NCBI GenBank assembly: GCA_016187745.1
Contig: JACPJC010000005.1
Span: 118,659 to 182,658, forward strand
Direction: 5' to 3'
Source of the DNA: Candidatus Iainarchaeum sp.
GTDB taxonomy: Archaea > Iainarchaeota > Iainarchaeia > Iainarchaeales > JAXPJC01
Length of the DNA stretch: 64,000 nucleotides
Positions within the stretch are counted from its first letter, which is position 1; every line of letters begins with the position of its first letter. The notes below the pieces were generated by a model, which saw nothing but the letters and a program-made list of their open reading frames with translations, searched no databases and had not been told where the DNA came from. Of this stretch, positions 18,734-28,437 are shown piece after piece. The translations under genes and the position numbers were made by a program.

Positions 18734-19618
18734 ATGTGCGCTGAAAAAATTCTGCTTGTGAAAACCGCAAGCGAAATTTCCCTTAAATCCGAGCACGTTA
18801 TGCGCTTCTTCATGCGCAAGCTTGCTGAGAACATAAAGACCGCGCTGAAGAACAGCGGCGCGGAATGCGGGAGAATCGTAATGGGAAGGGGCAGGCTTTT
18901 CATTTCCGCGGATGCCACAAACCTCCAGAAAATCCCGCAATTGCTCCCCAGGATATTCGGGTTGCATGCATTTGCGCCTGCAGAGATTTATGAGGGTGCT
19001 GAAATGGAAAACATCAAAAGCGCGGTTGTGGAATATGCAAAACCCCTTCTCAATAATTCCTCCTCCTTTGCGCTTCGCGTTTCCCGCTCAGGGCAGCACA
19101 AGTTCAGCTCGCACGATGTTGCAGTGCAGTGCGGCGCGGCAATCCAGGCAGCGCTTCCAAACCTGAAGGTTGATTTGAAAAACCCCGAAAAGGAGATTTT
19201 CATTGAAATAATAAATAAAAAATTTTATTTATATGATGCGGAGCAGGCATGCGCCGGCGGGCTTCCTTTGGGAGTGGAAGGTGCGGTTGCTGCGCTTTTT
19301 TCCGGAAATGAAAATGACGCGCTTGCCGCATGGCTTGTCATGAAGCGCGGCTGCAGGGTCTTTCCGATTGCGGAAAAGGAAAGCGCAAAAATAAAAGGCG
19401 CGGTAAATTCCCTAATCCCGTGGAACAGCCTCAGGGAATTCAGAATCAGCAGGGAAAATGAATTAAAGGGATTGATTGCGGAGCACAATCTGCGGGCTGT
19501 TGTTTCAGCTGATGAAAATCCCAAAGAGGCTTCAATTGCCGAACTTCCAATATTATACCCCCTTGCGTTTTTCCCGGAGCAGATGAAAAAGGAACTGGAA
19601 AAAAGGGTTGGTGCATAA
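18734..19618 (+). CDS. thiI: ThiI-like THUMP-domain protein with degenerate PP-loop
   Basis: EISLKS, THUMP region (FALRVSRSGQHKFSS..VDLKNP), GGLPLGVEG, MKRGC; SGGIDS replaced by SGNEND. Confidence 0.75.
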   Translation: MCAEKILLVKTASEISLKSEHVMRFFMRKLAENIKTALKNSGAECGRIVMGRGRLFISADATNLQKIPQLLPRIFGLHAFAPAEIYEGAEMENIKSAVVEYAKPLLNNSSSFALRVSRSGQHKFSSHDVAVQCGAAIQAALPNLKVDLKNPEKEIFIEIINKKFYLYDAEQACAGGLPLGVEGAVAALFSGNENDALAAWLVMKRGCRVFPIAEKESAKIKGAVNSLIPWNSLREFRISRENELKGLIAEHNLRAVVSADENPKEASIAELPILYPLAFFPEQMKKELEKRVGA

Positions 19619-20278
19619 ATGGCAATAAAGGCAGTAATATTCGATATGGATGACACGCTCCTGCGCACATACAAAATCGCGTATGGCACATACATGCTCA
19701 CTGCAAAGGCGCTCGGCCTGAAGAAAGTGCCGATGAAAAAATTCCTGAAGCACTGGGGCATGCCCTATGATGAGCTTATCAGGGGCACATGGAGAAATGC
19801 GCCAATTGAAGAATTCTCGAGAATTCATGGTGAATTTGCAAGAAAGCGCTCATATCCCCTGATAAAAGGCGTCAATGAAATGCTTGCAGAATTGAAGCGC
19901 AGAAAAATGTTCCTTGCGATAATGAGCTCAAAGCACACAAAGGCGATCCCCCTGCGCGCAAGGCAGGCGGGCCTGAAGCTGGACTATTTCAGGGAACTGA
20001 TAGGCCTGGAATCCGCGCCGTTCCACAAGCCGGATGGAAGGGTTTTCAGGAAGCTCATTGCTGAACTGAAAGGCAGAAAAATAAAAAAATCTGAAACTCT
20101 CTATGTGGGCGACGGCCTGATGGATTATGGCGCTGCAAAGAATGCGCATTTGCAGTTTGCTGCCGTGCTTACGGGCTTCAGGAAAAGGAAGGATTTCCTG
20201 CGCGCGGGATTAAAAGACGAGTGCATACTAAAATCAGTTATTGAAGTGCCAAAGTTCATTGAAAGCCAAAGCAATTAA
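19619..20278 (+). CDS. HAD-superfamily phosphatase
   Basis: IFDMDDTL, KPD, YVGDGLMD. Confidence 0.9.
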   Translation: MAIKAVIFDMDDTLLRTYKIAYGTYMLTAKALGLKKVPMKKFLKHWGMPYDELIRGTWRNAPIEEFSRIHGEFARKRSYPLIKGVNEMLAELKRRKMFLAIMSSKHTKAIPLRARQAGLKLDYFRELIGLESAPFHKPDGRVFRKLIAELKGRKIKKSETLYVGDGLMDYGAAKNAHLQFAAVLTGFRKRKDFLRAGLKDECILKSVIEVPKFIESQSN

Positions 20279-20315
20279 AAAGTGATTTGCGCAAATTTGG
20301 TATGTTGGTGGTAAA

Positions 20316-20903
20316 TTGGGAAAAATAATAGGTACACGTTACAAACCGGACGCAAACGGAAAGATGACAGCGGTTGGAGTTATATGGGGCGGAAAAAGGG
20401 GAAAAAGAACCGGAAAAAAACGCCATATGGGCTTTACTGACCTGGATAAGCTAAGGAGATTCAGGTGCCCGCAATATGCTCCGCTGCTTGCTGAAATGAG
20501 GAGGCATGGGCCGCTTAAAGGGAATGTTGTTGGAGCCGGAACAAACATAACGAAACTTCTGAGATATTTCAGGATAAAAGAGAAAGGCCTTGGTGTTGTG
20601 CATGACCTGCGCAATACAGGTGAAGTAATACGGTTTATGGAAACAATCGGAAAAGGGAAAGACGGCGCATATGACCATGTTGTCTTAGCTGAGGCTTTGG
20701 ATGGCCCGCGCATTAATCATGAGGAGATACAGAAGGGGCTGGGCCTGGCTGCCAATTTGTGCAAGAAAAGCGGAACCGTATGGATTTTCAACTTTGGCAA
20801 GGGAATAACTGACGGTCAAATAGCCGCGGCTGGCCTAAAAAGCATTGCAAAAGCGCATGATGGCCAACGTCTAATATATGGTCTGCAAAGGCTGGTCAAA
20901 TGA
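20316..20903 (+). CDS. Basic orphan protein, possibly a diverged class I SAM methyltransferase fold
   Basis: VVGAGT, YDHVVLAEALD and LCKKSGTVWI resemble MTase motifs; TTG start with GGTGGT SD; ATGA overlap with mre11. Confidence 0.55.
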   Translation: MGKIIGTRYKPDANGKMTAVGVIWGGKRGKRTGKKRHMGFTDLDKLRRFRCPQYAPLLAEMRRHGPLKGNVVGAGTNITKLLRYFRIKEKGLGVVHDLRNTGEVIRFMETIGKGKDGAYDHVVLAEALDGPRINHEEIQKGLGLAANLCKKSGTVWIFNFGKGITDGQIAAAGLKSIAKAHDGQRLIYGLQRLVK

Positions 20904-22150
20904 AGCTTGCAATAATTTCGGACACGCATCTCGGCTTTGGATACGGAAGCGAAAGGGAGCAGGAGAGCTTTGGGAATGCGCAGCAGGCATTTGAATTGGC
21001 AATAAGCGGCAGCGCGGATGCAATCCTCTTTGCCGGGGACTTCTTTGATTCTGATATTCCCTCGCAGGAAACCTGGCACAGGACATTTGAGCTGCTTAAA
21101 TGCCTGCAGAATTCAGAATCGCGAATAAGTGAAATAAAAATACTTGATAGGGAAGGGAATGCGAGGGCTGCAAGGCAGAAGGGGCTTCCGATAATTGCAA
21201 TCCACGGAACTCATGAATTCAGGGGGAAGGACTACAAGAATGCGCTTGAGGTTCTGGAAAGCGCGGGCTTCATTATCCATATTCACGCTTCAAAAGCGAT
21301 TATTGAAACTGATGGGGAGAAAATTGCAGTCCAGGGGCTTGGGGGAGTTCCTGAAAAAAAGGCTCTGGATGCGCTCAGGGCATGGGCTCCAGAACCGGAA
21401 AAAAACGCGCACAATATCCTGTTATTCCACCAGTCCCTCAAGGAATACCTCCCTTTCGCAGCTGATGATGAGATGTCAGTAACGCTTTCCCTTGATGACC
21501 TTCCAAAGGGCTTTGATCTGGTTGTTGATGGGCATTTCCACCTTAAGAATGAAACTACACTTGCAAACGGCGCAAAATTCGCCATTCCCGGCTCGACAAT
21601 AATTACGCAGATGAAGGATCTGGAATCAAAAAACCCAAAAGGAATTTACATTTATGATACGAGAACAAGGGCGCTGAATTTTTTGCAGATTCAAAAACAG
21701 CGCAAATTGTTTTATGAAAAGCTGAATTTCAAGGACGCAAGCGCAGAGGAAGTTCTGGGGAAAGTTGAAGAAAAAATAAATTCATATGTGAATTCGCAGC
21801 AGGAGCTTGCTCCGCTCATAAGGATAAAAATTTCCGGCTCCTTGAAGCAGGGGCTTGAGGCAAGCGACCTTTCTTTCAGGGCAATTATTGAAAAATTCAG
21901 GGGAAAGGCGCTCCTTTCAATCGATGACGGGCTTTCCGCTGCTGCATTCCGGATGAGGATAGACGAATTGCGCGCGCTGCAGCAGAAGCGCGCATCTGTT
22001 GCAGAGCTCGGGCTTGAAATCCTTGAGCGCAATCTTGCGCAGACTGATTTCAATGGCGCATTTGACCCGCGCGAGCTCATAGAGCTGCTTTCGGACAAGA
22101 AGCGCGAGCAGGAGGCGCTTGCGTTGCTTTTGGGCAAGCGCATGAAATAA
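20900..22150 (+). CDS. mre11: Mre11/SbcD-family DNA repair nuclease
   Basis: ISDTHLG, AGDFFD, IHGTHE, LLFHQ, DGHFH, PGS. Confidence 0.88.
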   Translation: MKLAIISDTHLGFGYGSEREQESFGNAQQAFELAISGSADAILFAGDFFDSDIPSQETWHRTFELLKCLQNSESRISEIKILDREGNARAARQKGLPIIAIHGTHEFRGKDYKNALEVLESAGFIIHIHASKAIIETDGEKIAVQGLGGVPEKKALDALRAWAPEPEKNAHNILLFHQSLKEYLPFAADDEMSVTLSLDDLPKGFDLVVDGHFHLKNETTLANGAKFAIPGSTIITQMKDLESKNPKGIYIYDTRTRALNFLQIQKQRKLFYEKLNFKDASAEEVLGKVEEKINSYVNSQQELAPLIRIKISGSLKQGLEASDLSFRAIIEKFRGKALLSIDDGLSAAAFRMRIDELRALQQKRASVAELGLEILERNLAQTDFNGAFDPRELIELLSDKKREQEALALLLGKRMK

Positions 22151-22152
22151 AT

Positions 22153-23529
22153 TTATTTCTTTTTATGGTAATCAATCAGCGCCTTCAGCGCCTTGACAGC
22201 ATTTTCCGGATATGAGAAATTAACAACCCCTTCCCTTTCCAGCGCGCGCTTGTGCACCTCTGAGTATGCCCCGCCCACGGAAATTACAACAAGCGGCTTT
22301 GCCCTCCTGTTGCTCAATTCCGCAATAATGTCAATCACATCCGAATTAAGCGTTGGGACCTGATACAAAAGAATCAGGATTACAATATCAACATTCTTGT
22401 CCCGCATTGCGGCTTCTGCAGCAGCCTTATAGCGCTCCATTGTAGCATCGCCGGTCAAATCAAGCGGGTTTCCCAGGACGGCATAGCTTGGGAAGATTTT
22501 GCGCAGGAATTTTTTATTTTTTTCCTCCATCTCCGCAAGCCGCAATCCTTCTTTTATTGCCGCATCAGCGGTTATTACCCCATATCCCCCGCCGTCGGTT
22601 ATTATCTGAACTCGGTTTCCTTTCGGTTTTGCGACTTTTGATAATACTCTTGCAAAATCAAAGGACTCAAGCAGATTTTCCGCCCTTATTATTCCAGCCT
22701 GCCTGAAAACAGCATTGTAAACATCCGCGCTTCCCGCAAGCGAGCCCGTGTGGGATTTAACCGCCTGCATTCCCTCAGCTGTAATCCCTCCCTTAAGCAC
22801 AATTATCGGCTTCTTCCTCGCGAATTTTTTTGCGCTTTGCATGAATTTTTTGCCATTTTTAACCCCCTCAATATACATCACAATCACATTGGTGTTTTTG
22901 TCCTGCGCCAAGTATTCAAGCAGGTCGCTCTCATCAATATCCATTGCATTCCCGTAGGAAACGAATTTGCTTATCCCAATCTCCTGCATTGATGCCCAGT
23001 CAAGCACAGCGCTCCCAAGCGCCCCGGACTGGCTTATGAACGAGATTTCCCCCTTCTCAGGCCTTTTCAATCTGTACTCAGGCAAAAACAAGGTATCAAC
23101 ACTATTCTCTGTATTCAGTATTCCCAGGCAATTCGGCCCTATTACGCGCATTTTTTTGTATCTGCGCTTTATTTTTGAAATTTTCTCCGCAAGTTTTGTA
23201 TTTCCGATTTCCCCGAAGCCCGCGCTCACAATTATAACCGCCTCAATTCCCTTTGCCCCACACTCCTCCAATTCCTTCGGGACTTCCTCCGCGTGAACCG
23301 CAATTACCGCAAGGTCCAAATCAGAATTTATCTGTTTTAGTGATTTATAGCATTTAAGATTCAGCACATATTCTGCGTGGGGATTTATGGGAAATAACTC
23401 GCCCTTGAATTTTCCGTTCACAAGGTTGTGCAATATTGCATGCCCTACTTTTTCAGGGTCGCGCGAAGCGCCTATTATTGCAATGCTCTTCGGGTAGAAG
23501 AAATAATCAAGCGCCCTCATTTTTCCCAT
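22153..23529 (-). CDS. acdA: Acetate--CoA ligase (ADP-forming), alpha subunit
   Basis: PKSIAIIGAS, IGPNCLG, SQSGALG, KSHTGSLAG (phospho-His), NPLDLTGDA. Confidence 0.92.
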   Translation of the reverse strand: MGKMRALDYFFYPKSIAIIGASRDPEKVGHAILHNLVNGKFKGELFPINPHAEYVLNLKCYKSLKQINSDLDLAVIAVHAEEVPKELEECGAKGIEAVIIVSAGFGEIGNTKLAEKISKIKRRYKKMRVIGPNCLGILNTENSVDTLFLPEYRLKRPEKGEISFISQSGALGSAVLDWASMQEIGISKFVSYGNAMDIDESDLLEYLAQDKNTNVIVMYIEGVKNGKKFMQSAKKFARKKPIIVLKGGITAEGMQAVKSHTGSLAGSADVYNAVFRQAGIIRAENLLESFDFARVLSKVAKPKGNRVQIITDGGGYGVITADAAIKEGLRLAEMEEKNKKFLRKIFPSYAVLGNPLDLTGDATMERYKAAAEAAMRDKNVDIVILILLYQVPTLNSDVIDIIAELSNRRAKPLVVISVGGAYSEVHKRALEREGVVNFSYPENAVKALKALIDYHKKK

Positions 23530-24107
23530 TTCAATCCAATCTCCAGCGCCCTTGCATTGTTTTCATAATCCTTCGGAAATGTTTCCTTCAGCGCGGCAAG
23601 CAATGATTTCCTGCTTATTGGAAGCATTTTGTTTGAAAGTGCAATCCCAAGCATCGCAATATTCCCATAAACAGGGTTTCCAAGGCTTTTTTCGCAGATA
23701 TCCGAGGCATCAGCCATGATTAATTTTTTTGCAAAAGGCTTAAGCATTTTCCCAATCCCTTTCATTTCAGGATATTCCTGCTTATTAAGCCTTGCATATA
23801 TGGGCACAATGGGAAACGCATCAACAACGAAATTGGTTCTTTTCCTTTCCGCAAAATAGCACGCGCGCAGCGCCTCCGCGGGCTCCAGCCCGATAATAAG
23901 ATCCGCCTTTGCTCTTGGTATTGTTGGGCTGTGCACATAATTTCCGAATCTCAGATGTATTGGAACGGAGCCTCCCCTCTGCGCGAGCCCGTGCAGCTGC
24001 GTTCCCCTTACCTCAAATCCCTCAAGGTTTGCTGCCCTTGCAAGCACAACGCTTGCGCTCAGTACGCCTTCGCCCCCCACGCCAATAAACAGGACATTGT
24101 GAATCAT
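23517..24107 (-). CDS. iorB: Indolepyruvate:ferredoxin oxidoreductase, beta subunit
   Basis: GVGGEGVL, HGLAQRGGSV..HLRFG, EPAEALR. Confidence 0.92.
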   Translation of the reverse strand: MIHNVLFIGVGGEGVLSASVVLARAANLEGFEVRGTQLHGLAQRGGSVPIHLRFGNYVHSPTIPRAKADLIIGLEPAEALRACYFAERKRTNFVVDAFPIVPIYARLNKQEYPEMKGIGKMLKPFAKKLIMADASDICEKSLGNPVYGNIAMLGIALSNKMLPISRKSLLAALKETFPKDYENNARALEIGLKWEK

Positions 24108-25939
24108 TTTTTTGCCTCAAGTGAAATTGCATTTACCGGGCAGACCTGCGGGCAGACGCCGCAGCCCCAGCACAATTCCCTTTCAATCCATATGTAATTC
24201 TTTTTCCTTATTATTGCGGGGCACGCATACTTGTCCGAGCATATTCTGCACTTTATGCATTTTTCCTGGTCAATGGAATATTTCGCAAAGCCCTTCCCCT
24301 TCCTGTGCAATTGCCTTTTCAGGAGCAGCCTGCATATTCCGCGCGATATTACAACAACCGCCTCTTTTTGCTCTGAAGCCTGCTTAAATGCTTCCTGCAT
24401 GTCCTTCTGGCTGTATGAGTTTGCGATTTTTATGTTTGAAATTCCCAGCGCTTTCACAACATCCTCAATTTGTATTGTTTTTGCCCCCTCCCCCAATGCA
24501 TTAATTCCCGAATTTGCGCACGGCTGCTGGCCGGTCATTGCTGTTATGGAATTGTCCAAAATCACAACAACAGGGTTTGATTTATTGTAGGACAAATTTG
24601 CAATTGCTGGCATTCCCGCATGGAAGAAAGTAGAATCTCCGATAAAGCTCACAACCCTCTGGTTGCTTACTTTTTTGATTCCGTGCGCAATTCCTGTTCC
24701 GGAGCCCATGCTCAGCACAAAATCATCAGTGAAATATGGCTCATAAACCCCCAGCGTATAGCAGCCAATATCTCCCGCCCAAATTGCAGAGTTTCCAAAC
24801 ACCTTCTGCGCAGCGTAGAAAGTGCTCCTATGCGGGCATCCCTGGCAGAGCACAGGCCTTCTTATTGGAATCTTCAATTTTCCGAGCAGCGCATCGTGCT
24901 TTTTGAAATCCTGCCTTTTAATTCCGGCAAGCGGGGCAATCTTCTCAGCAACCAGTTCCGCGGAAAACTCCCCATATCTCGGGAAAAGCGATTTTCCATA
25001 AATCTTTATTTTCTCGTCAAACAGCACCTGATTCACAAACTGCTCTATTACCGGCTCAAGCTCCTCAACAACAATTATTTTCTTCAGCCCTTTTGCGAAT
25101 TTTTTTATGAATTCAGGCGCAATTGGGTTGCTCAGGTTCAATTTCGCGATTTTAACATTCTTCAGGCCCATTTCCTTCACATACTCGTAGCATATTCCGC
25201 TTGTTATGATCCCCGTTTTCCCATTTCCCTCAATCTTGTTTATTTTTGAGTATTCCCTTTCAATTCCCGCAAGCTTCTCCAGCACTTTCCCATGCAGCTT
25301 CTGCAGCGCAGGCGCGATATTGTAATAGCGCCCGTAATCCTTCCTGAATTCCCCGGAAGTTATTCCTTTTTTTATTTTTCCCAATTTTACAGTCCCCACT
25401 GCATGGCTTGTGCGCGTTGTTGTCCTTATTATTACGGGAATTTCATATTTTTTTGAAATTTCAAATGCGATTTTTGCAAAGTCCCTGCACTCCTGCGCAT
25501 TGCTCGGCTCCAGTACTGGAATATTCCCAAGCCTCGCATGCAGTCTCGTGTCCTGCTCGCTCTGCGCGCTGCTCAGCCCTCCGGGGTCATCGGCAACTAC
25601 AATCACAAGCGCGCCCCTGACTCCGGTATAAACAACAGGAAAAACGGAATCCGATGCAACATTGAAGCCGAAGTGCTTCATTGAAGTAATTGAATTTACC
25701 CCGCAGAATGAAGCGCCAACGCATGCCTCGAACGCAAGCTTTTCATTTGTGCTCCACTCAAAGTAAATTCCCAGTTTTTTTGCAAAATCAGCAAGCGACA
25801 TCCCCACTTCGGTGCTTGGCGTTCCGGGATATGCCGCGGAGAACCCCAGCCCGGACTCAAGCGCCCCGCGCACTATTGCCTCGTTTCCAAGCAATACAAC
25901 CTTCTTTCCGGAAGCGCCCAAAATATCTGGATTTGCCAT
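24104..25939 (-). CDS. iorA: Indolepyruvate:ferredoxin oxidoreductase, alpha subunit
   Basis: LLGNEAIVRGA, YPGTPSTE, LCQGCPHR, GDIGCY, IGDSTFFH, TAMTGQQP, C-terminal 2x[4Fe-4S]. Confidence 0.95.
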   Translation of the reverse strand: MANPDILGASGKKVVLLGNEAIVRGALESGLGFSAAYPGTPSTEVGMSLADFAKKLGIYFEWSTNEKLAFEACVGASFCGVNSITSMKHFGFNVASDSVFPVVYTGVRGALVIVVADDPGGLSSAQSEQDTRLHARLGNIPVLEPSNAQECRDFAKIAFEISKKYEIPVIIRTTTRTSHAVGTVKLGKIKKGITSGEFRKDYGRYYNIAPALQKLHGKVLEKLAGIEREYSKINKIEGNGKTGIITSGICYEYVKEMGLKNVKIAKLNLSNPIAPEFIKKFAKGLKKIIVVEELEPVIEQFVNQVLFDEKIKIYGKSLFPRYGEFSAELVAEKIAPLAGIKRQDFKKHDALLGKLKIPIRRPVLCQGCPHRSTFYAAQKVFGNSAIWAGDIGCYTLGVYEPYFTDDFVLSMGSGTGIAHGIKKVSNQRVVSFIGDSTFFHAGMPAIANLSYNKSNPVVVILDNSITAMTGQQPCANSGINALGEGAKTIQIEDVVKALGISNIKIANSYSQKDMQEAFKQASEQKEAVVVISRGICRLLLKRQLHRKGKGFAKYSIDQEKCIKCRICSDKYACPAIIRKKNYIWIERELCWGCGVCPQVCPVNAISLEAKK

Positions 25940-26020
25940 GCCATTATAGAAGTAGATTGGAGTATTAATAATTTTTGCTTTTCTGCCCTAATCGGATTGC
26001 TTAACAAAAACAGAAAAAAG

Positions 26021-26176
26021 TCAGGCAGCCGTCCAATAGCCAAGAAACAGTTTTATATCCATGAATATCTCGTGGCATTTAGGGCATTTGAATTCCGAGC
26101 ATTCGCTTCCATCGAAATGGTCCTTCGTAACCTTCTTCAGCACAAGTTTGGCGCTGCTGCAGGTCGGGCATTTCAT
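26021..26176 (-). CDS. Small zinc-ribbon protein (51 aa)
   Basis: Below the ORF-track cutoff: MKCPTCSSAKLVLKKVTKDHFDGSECSEFKCPKCHEIFMDIKLFLGYWTAA; two CPxC motifs; AAGGAG SD upstream. Confidence 0.75.
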   Translation of the reverse strand: MKCPTCSSAKLVLKKVTKDHFDGSECSEFKCPKCHEIFMDIKLFLGYWTAA

Positions 26177-26200
26177 TTCTGATGCTCCTTTTATTTGATT

Positions 26201-26971
26201 TTACCTCTTAACTGCCTTAATTAAACTTTTTGCCAGCATTTCATTGCTTTCCCTAAATTTTGAAAACTCATTTTTGAAAACCTTTTGGGTGTTTGCAAAT
26301 CCTTCTGAAATTTCCTTTTTTAATCCGGTCTGTGTATTGGCAAACCCTTTGGAAATCTCCCCTGAAACCTCAGACAGCTTATCAGACAAAACATCTTTTG
26401 TTTCTTCCAATTTCCCAGAAACTCCATCCATTTTTCCCCCGAGAGCATCCTTGGTTTCAGACAGCTTATCAGATAATGCATCCTTGGTTTCAGATAACTT
26501 ATCAGCCAGAGCATCTTTTGTTTCGGATAACCCGTTAGACATCTTGTCATATTTCTTATCCAATCTATCAAAGCTCTGCCTTGTTTCATCCTTGAATTCA
26601 GACATTACCAAAATTCCAATTTCAAGCCTTTCCAAATTAGCCTTTTCAAATGGTGTTGCCGCTTCCATGCCATAATCAATTTCAAATATTTTGAATTCTA
26701 TTGGGGCATTAATATAATTTTTATTTCCCTCAGGATATGCTTCAATTTTATCCACACTGGTGCTGAACAGGCCATTTCCTGGTTTTAGGTTGATGCTTTT
26801 CTCAAATCCCTCCAATTGCTTTTTGGCGCCTTCGCAGAAGATTTCAACAGTTCCATCATTAAGGTTTCTTACCAGACCCCTTATTCCAAGGCTTCTTGCT
26901 GCCTGCTTGACCAATGCCCTATAACCAACTCCCTGTATATTGCCTCTGACAATAAGCCGTTCTCTTGTCAT
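26201..26971 (-). CDS. acyP: Acylphosphatase domain fused to a repetitive coiled-coil tail
   Basis: IQGVGYR and VRNL.DGTVE catalytic motifs; tail of KLSETKDAL(A/S)D repeats. Confidence 0.85.
   Translation of the reverse strand: MTRERLIVRGNIQGVGYRALVKQAARSLGIRGLVRNLNDGTVEIFCEGAKKQLEGFEKSINLKPGNGLFSTSVDKIEAYPEGNKNYINAPIEFKIFEIDYGMEAATPFEKANLERLEIGILVMSEFKDETRQSFDRLDKKYDKMSNGLSETKDALADKLSETKDALSDKLSETKDALGGKMDGVSGKLEETKDVLSDKLSEVSGEISKGFANTQTGLKKEISEGFANTQKVFKNEFSKFRESNEMLAKSLIKAVKR
26285..26531. repeat. Coding tandem repeats (33-bp units plus a 45-bp duplication)
   Basis: GCATCCTTGGTTTCAGACAGCTTATCAGATAAT-like units at 26445-26477, 26478-26510, partial 26511-26531 and about 26372-26404; EISxGFANTQ duplicated with a 15-aa period. 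Confidence 0.85.
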
Positions 26972-27056
26972 GTAACCAACACAGCATATAGTGTGCAGAA
27001 GGTATTTTAAAACTATCCGTCAAATAACGATATTATCCAAATAGCGCTTTTCCGGC

Positions 27057-28244
27057 TTAAACCATCTTTATTCCGGTCATCTGCGAAACTTCCCAGCTCA
27101 GGCTTCTTACATCTTCCCTGCGCAATTCATGCGCGCCCTTCCTTCCGCATGCAGCGGCGCAGATTTTAATTTCCTCAGTGCAACTTTTCAAGTAATTTGA
27201 AATTTTTTCCTCTGCGCCCTGCATGAATTTTTTCCTTAATTCTGGCTTTTGCGTTGCTATTCCCACAGGGCAAACATCCTTGTAGCATAGCCTGCAGTTT
27301 GTGCAGCCCATTGCAATCATCAGCGGAAAAGCAACAAAAACAGCATCGGCGCCAAGCGCTAAACACTTTGCCATGTCGCCCCCAGTATTCAGGCCTCCCC
27401 CAACAACCAAATCCTGCTTTGCCTTTAATTTATCAAGTGTTTTGCGCGCCTCAACAACAGTTGTAAGGAGCGGGGAGCCAAATTCCTCAAGCATCACTTC
27501 CGGCGCAGCGCCTGTGGCGCCCATCATGGAGTCAACTGCAATCACATCAGGATTTGCCTTCACTGCAAGTTTTACATCTGCAGCAACATCCCCCGCGCCC
27601 AATTTCAATATTACCGGCTTTCCGTTTGTAATTTTCTTCAGCCATTGAATTTTCTTGCGCAAATCCCCAATGCTGTTTATGTCAGGGTGCTTTGGCGGGG
27701 AATGCACATCCTCCCCGAATTTTATATGGCGCAGTTTCACAATTTCTTCAGTCAATTTTTCCTTCGGCAGCAATCCGCCCATTCCCGGCTTTGCGCCCTG
27801 GCCGATTTTCATTTCAATCGCATCCGCGCTCTTCAGATACTTCTCATCAACCCCGAAGCGCGCAGTGGAATACTGCGCAATAAGAATTTCCGCTTCCTTC
27901 CTTTCCTCAGGGAGCATTCCGCCCTCCCCCGTGTTTGCGCAAGTGCCTACGATTGAGGATGCCCTTGCAAGCGCAATCTTCGCCTCTTTGCTCATCGCGC
28001 CGAAGCTCATAGCGGCAATCATTATGGGGATTTTCAATTTGAGGGGATGCCTGCTGCTCTTTCCAATAATTGTTTCAGAATCAATCTTCTCCCTGTAATA
28101 ATCGTGCGGTGTTTTTGCAAGCTGCGCGGGCACAAAAACCAGCTCATTAAGGCTTAATTTATCGGCCTTGCTGGTTTTGCGCGTGCTCATGAGCGGAGCT
28201 TCAGCGCTTGAAGCGCGCTTCCTAATGTCCTCAATCCAGCCCAT
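27057..28244 (-). CDS. Stand-alone FMN-binding glutamate synthase domain protein
   Basis: AMSFGAMS, NTGEGG, IEMKIGQGAKPG.GGLLP, GCTNCRLCYKDVCPVGIATQ; no amidotransferase domain. Confidence 0.9.
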   Translation of the reverse strand: MGWIEDIRKRASSAEAPLMSTRKTSKADKLSLNELVFVPAQLAKTPHDYYREKIDSETIIGKSSRHPLKLKIPIMIAAMSFGAMSKEAKIALARASSIVGTCANTGEGGMLPEERKEAEILIAQYSTARFGVDEKYLKSADAIEMKIGQGAKPGMGGLLPKEKLTEEIVKLRHIKFGEDVHSPPKHPDINSIGDLRKKIQWLKKITNGKPVILKLGAGDVAADVKLAVKANPDVIAVDSMMGATGAAPEVMLEEFGSPLLTTVVEARKTLDKLKAKQDLVVGGGLNTGGDMAKCLALGADAVFVAFPLMIAMGCTNCRLCYKDVCPVGIATQKPELRKKFMQGAEEKISNYLKSCTEEIKICAAACGRKGAHELRREDVRSLSWEVSQMTGIKMV

Positions 28245-28437
28245 TTTCTCAGAATTATAATAGAAATACCTTATTTTTAAAGTTAAGGTTTGTAATTATG
28301 CCAACACATGGCATTTACTGAAGTTTTGCCATAAATAAAATTTGGGCACAATCCTGCAGGGATTTTTCTCTTAAGCGCTGCTATACCCTCTGAACACCGC
28401 CTATAGGCGAGCGCGGGGGAGAGAAATATAACATTCC

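Noticed and set aside
26372-26531. 33-bp repeats as a possible CRISPR array
   Set aside because: Head-to-tail with no spacers, in frame within a CDS, and no cas genes.
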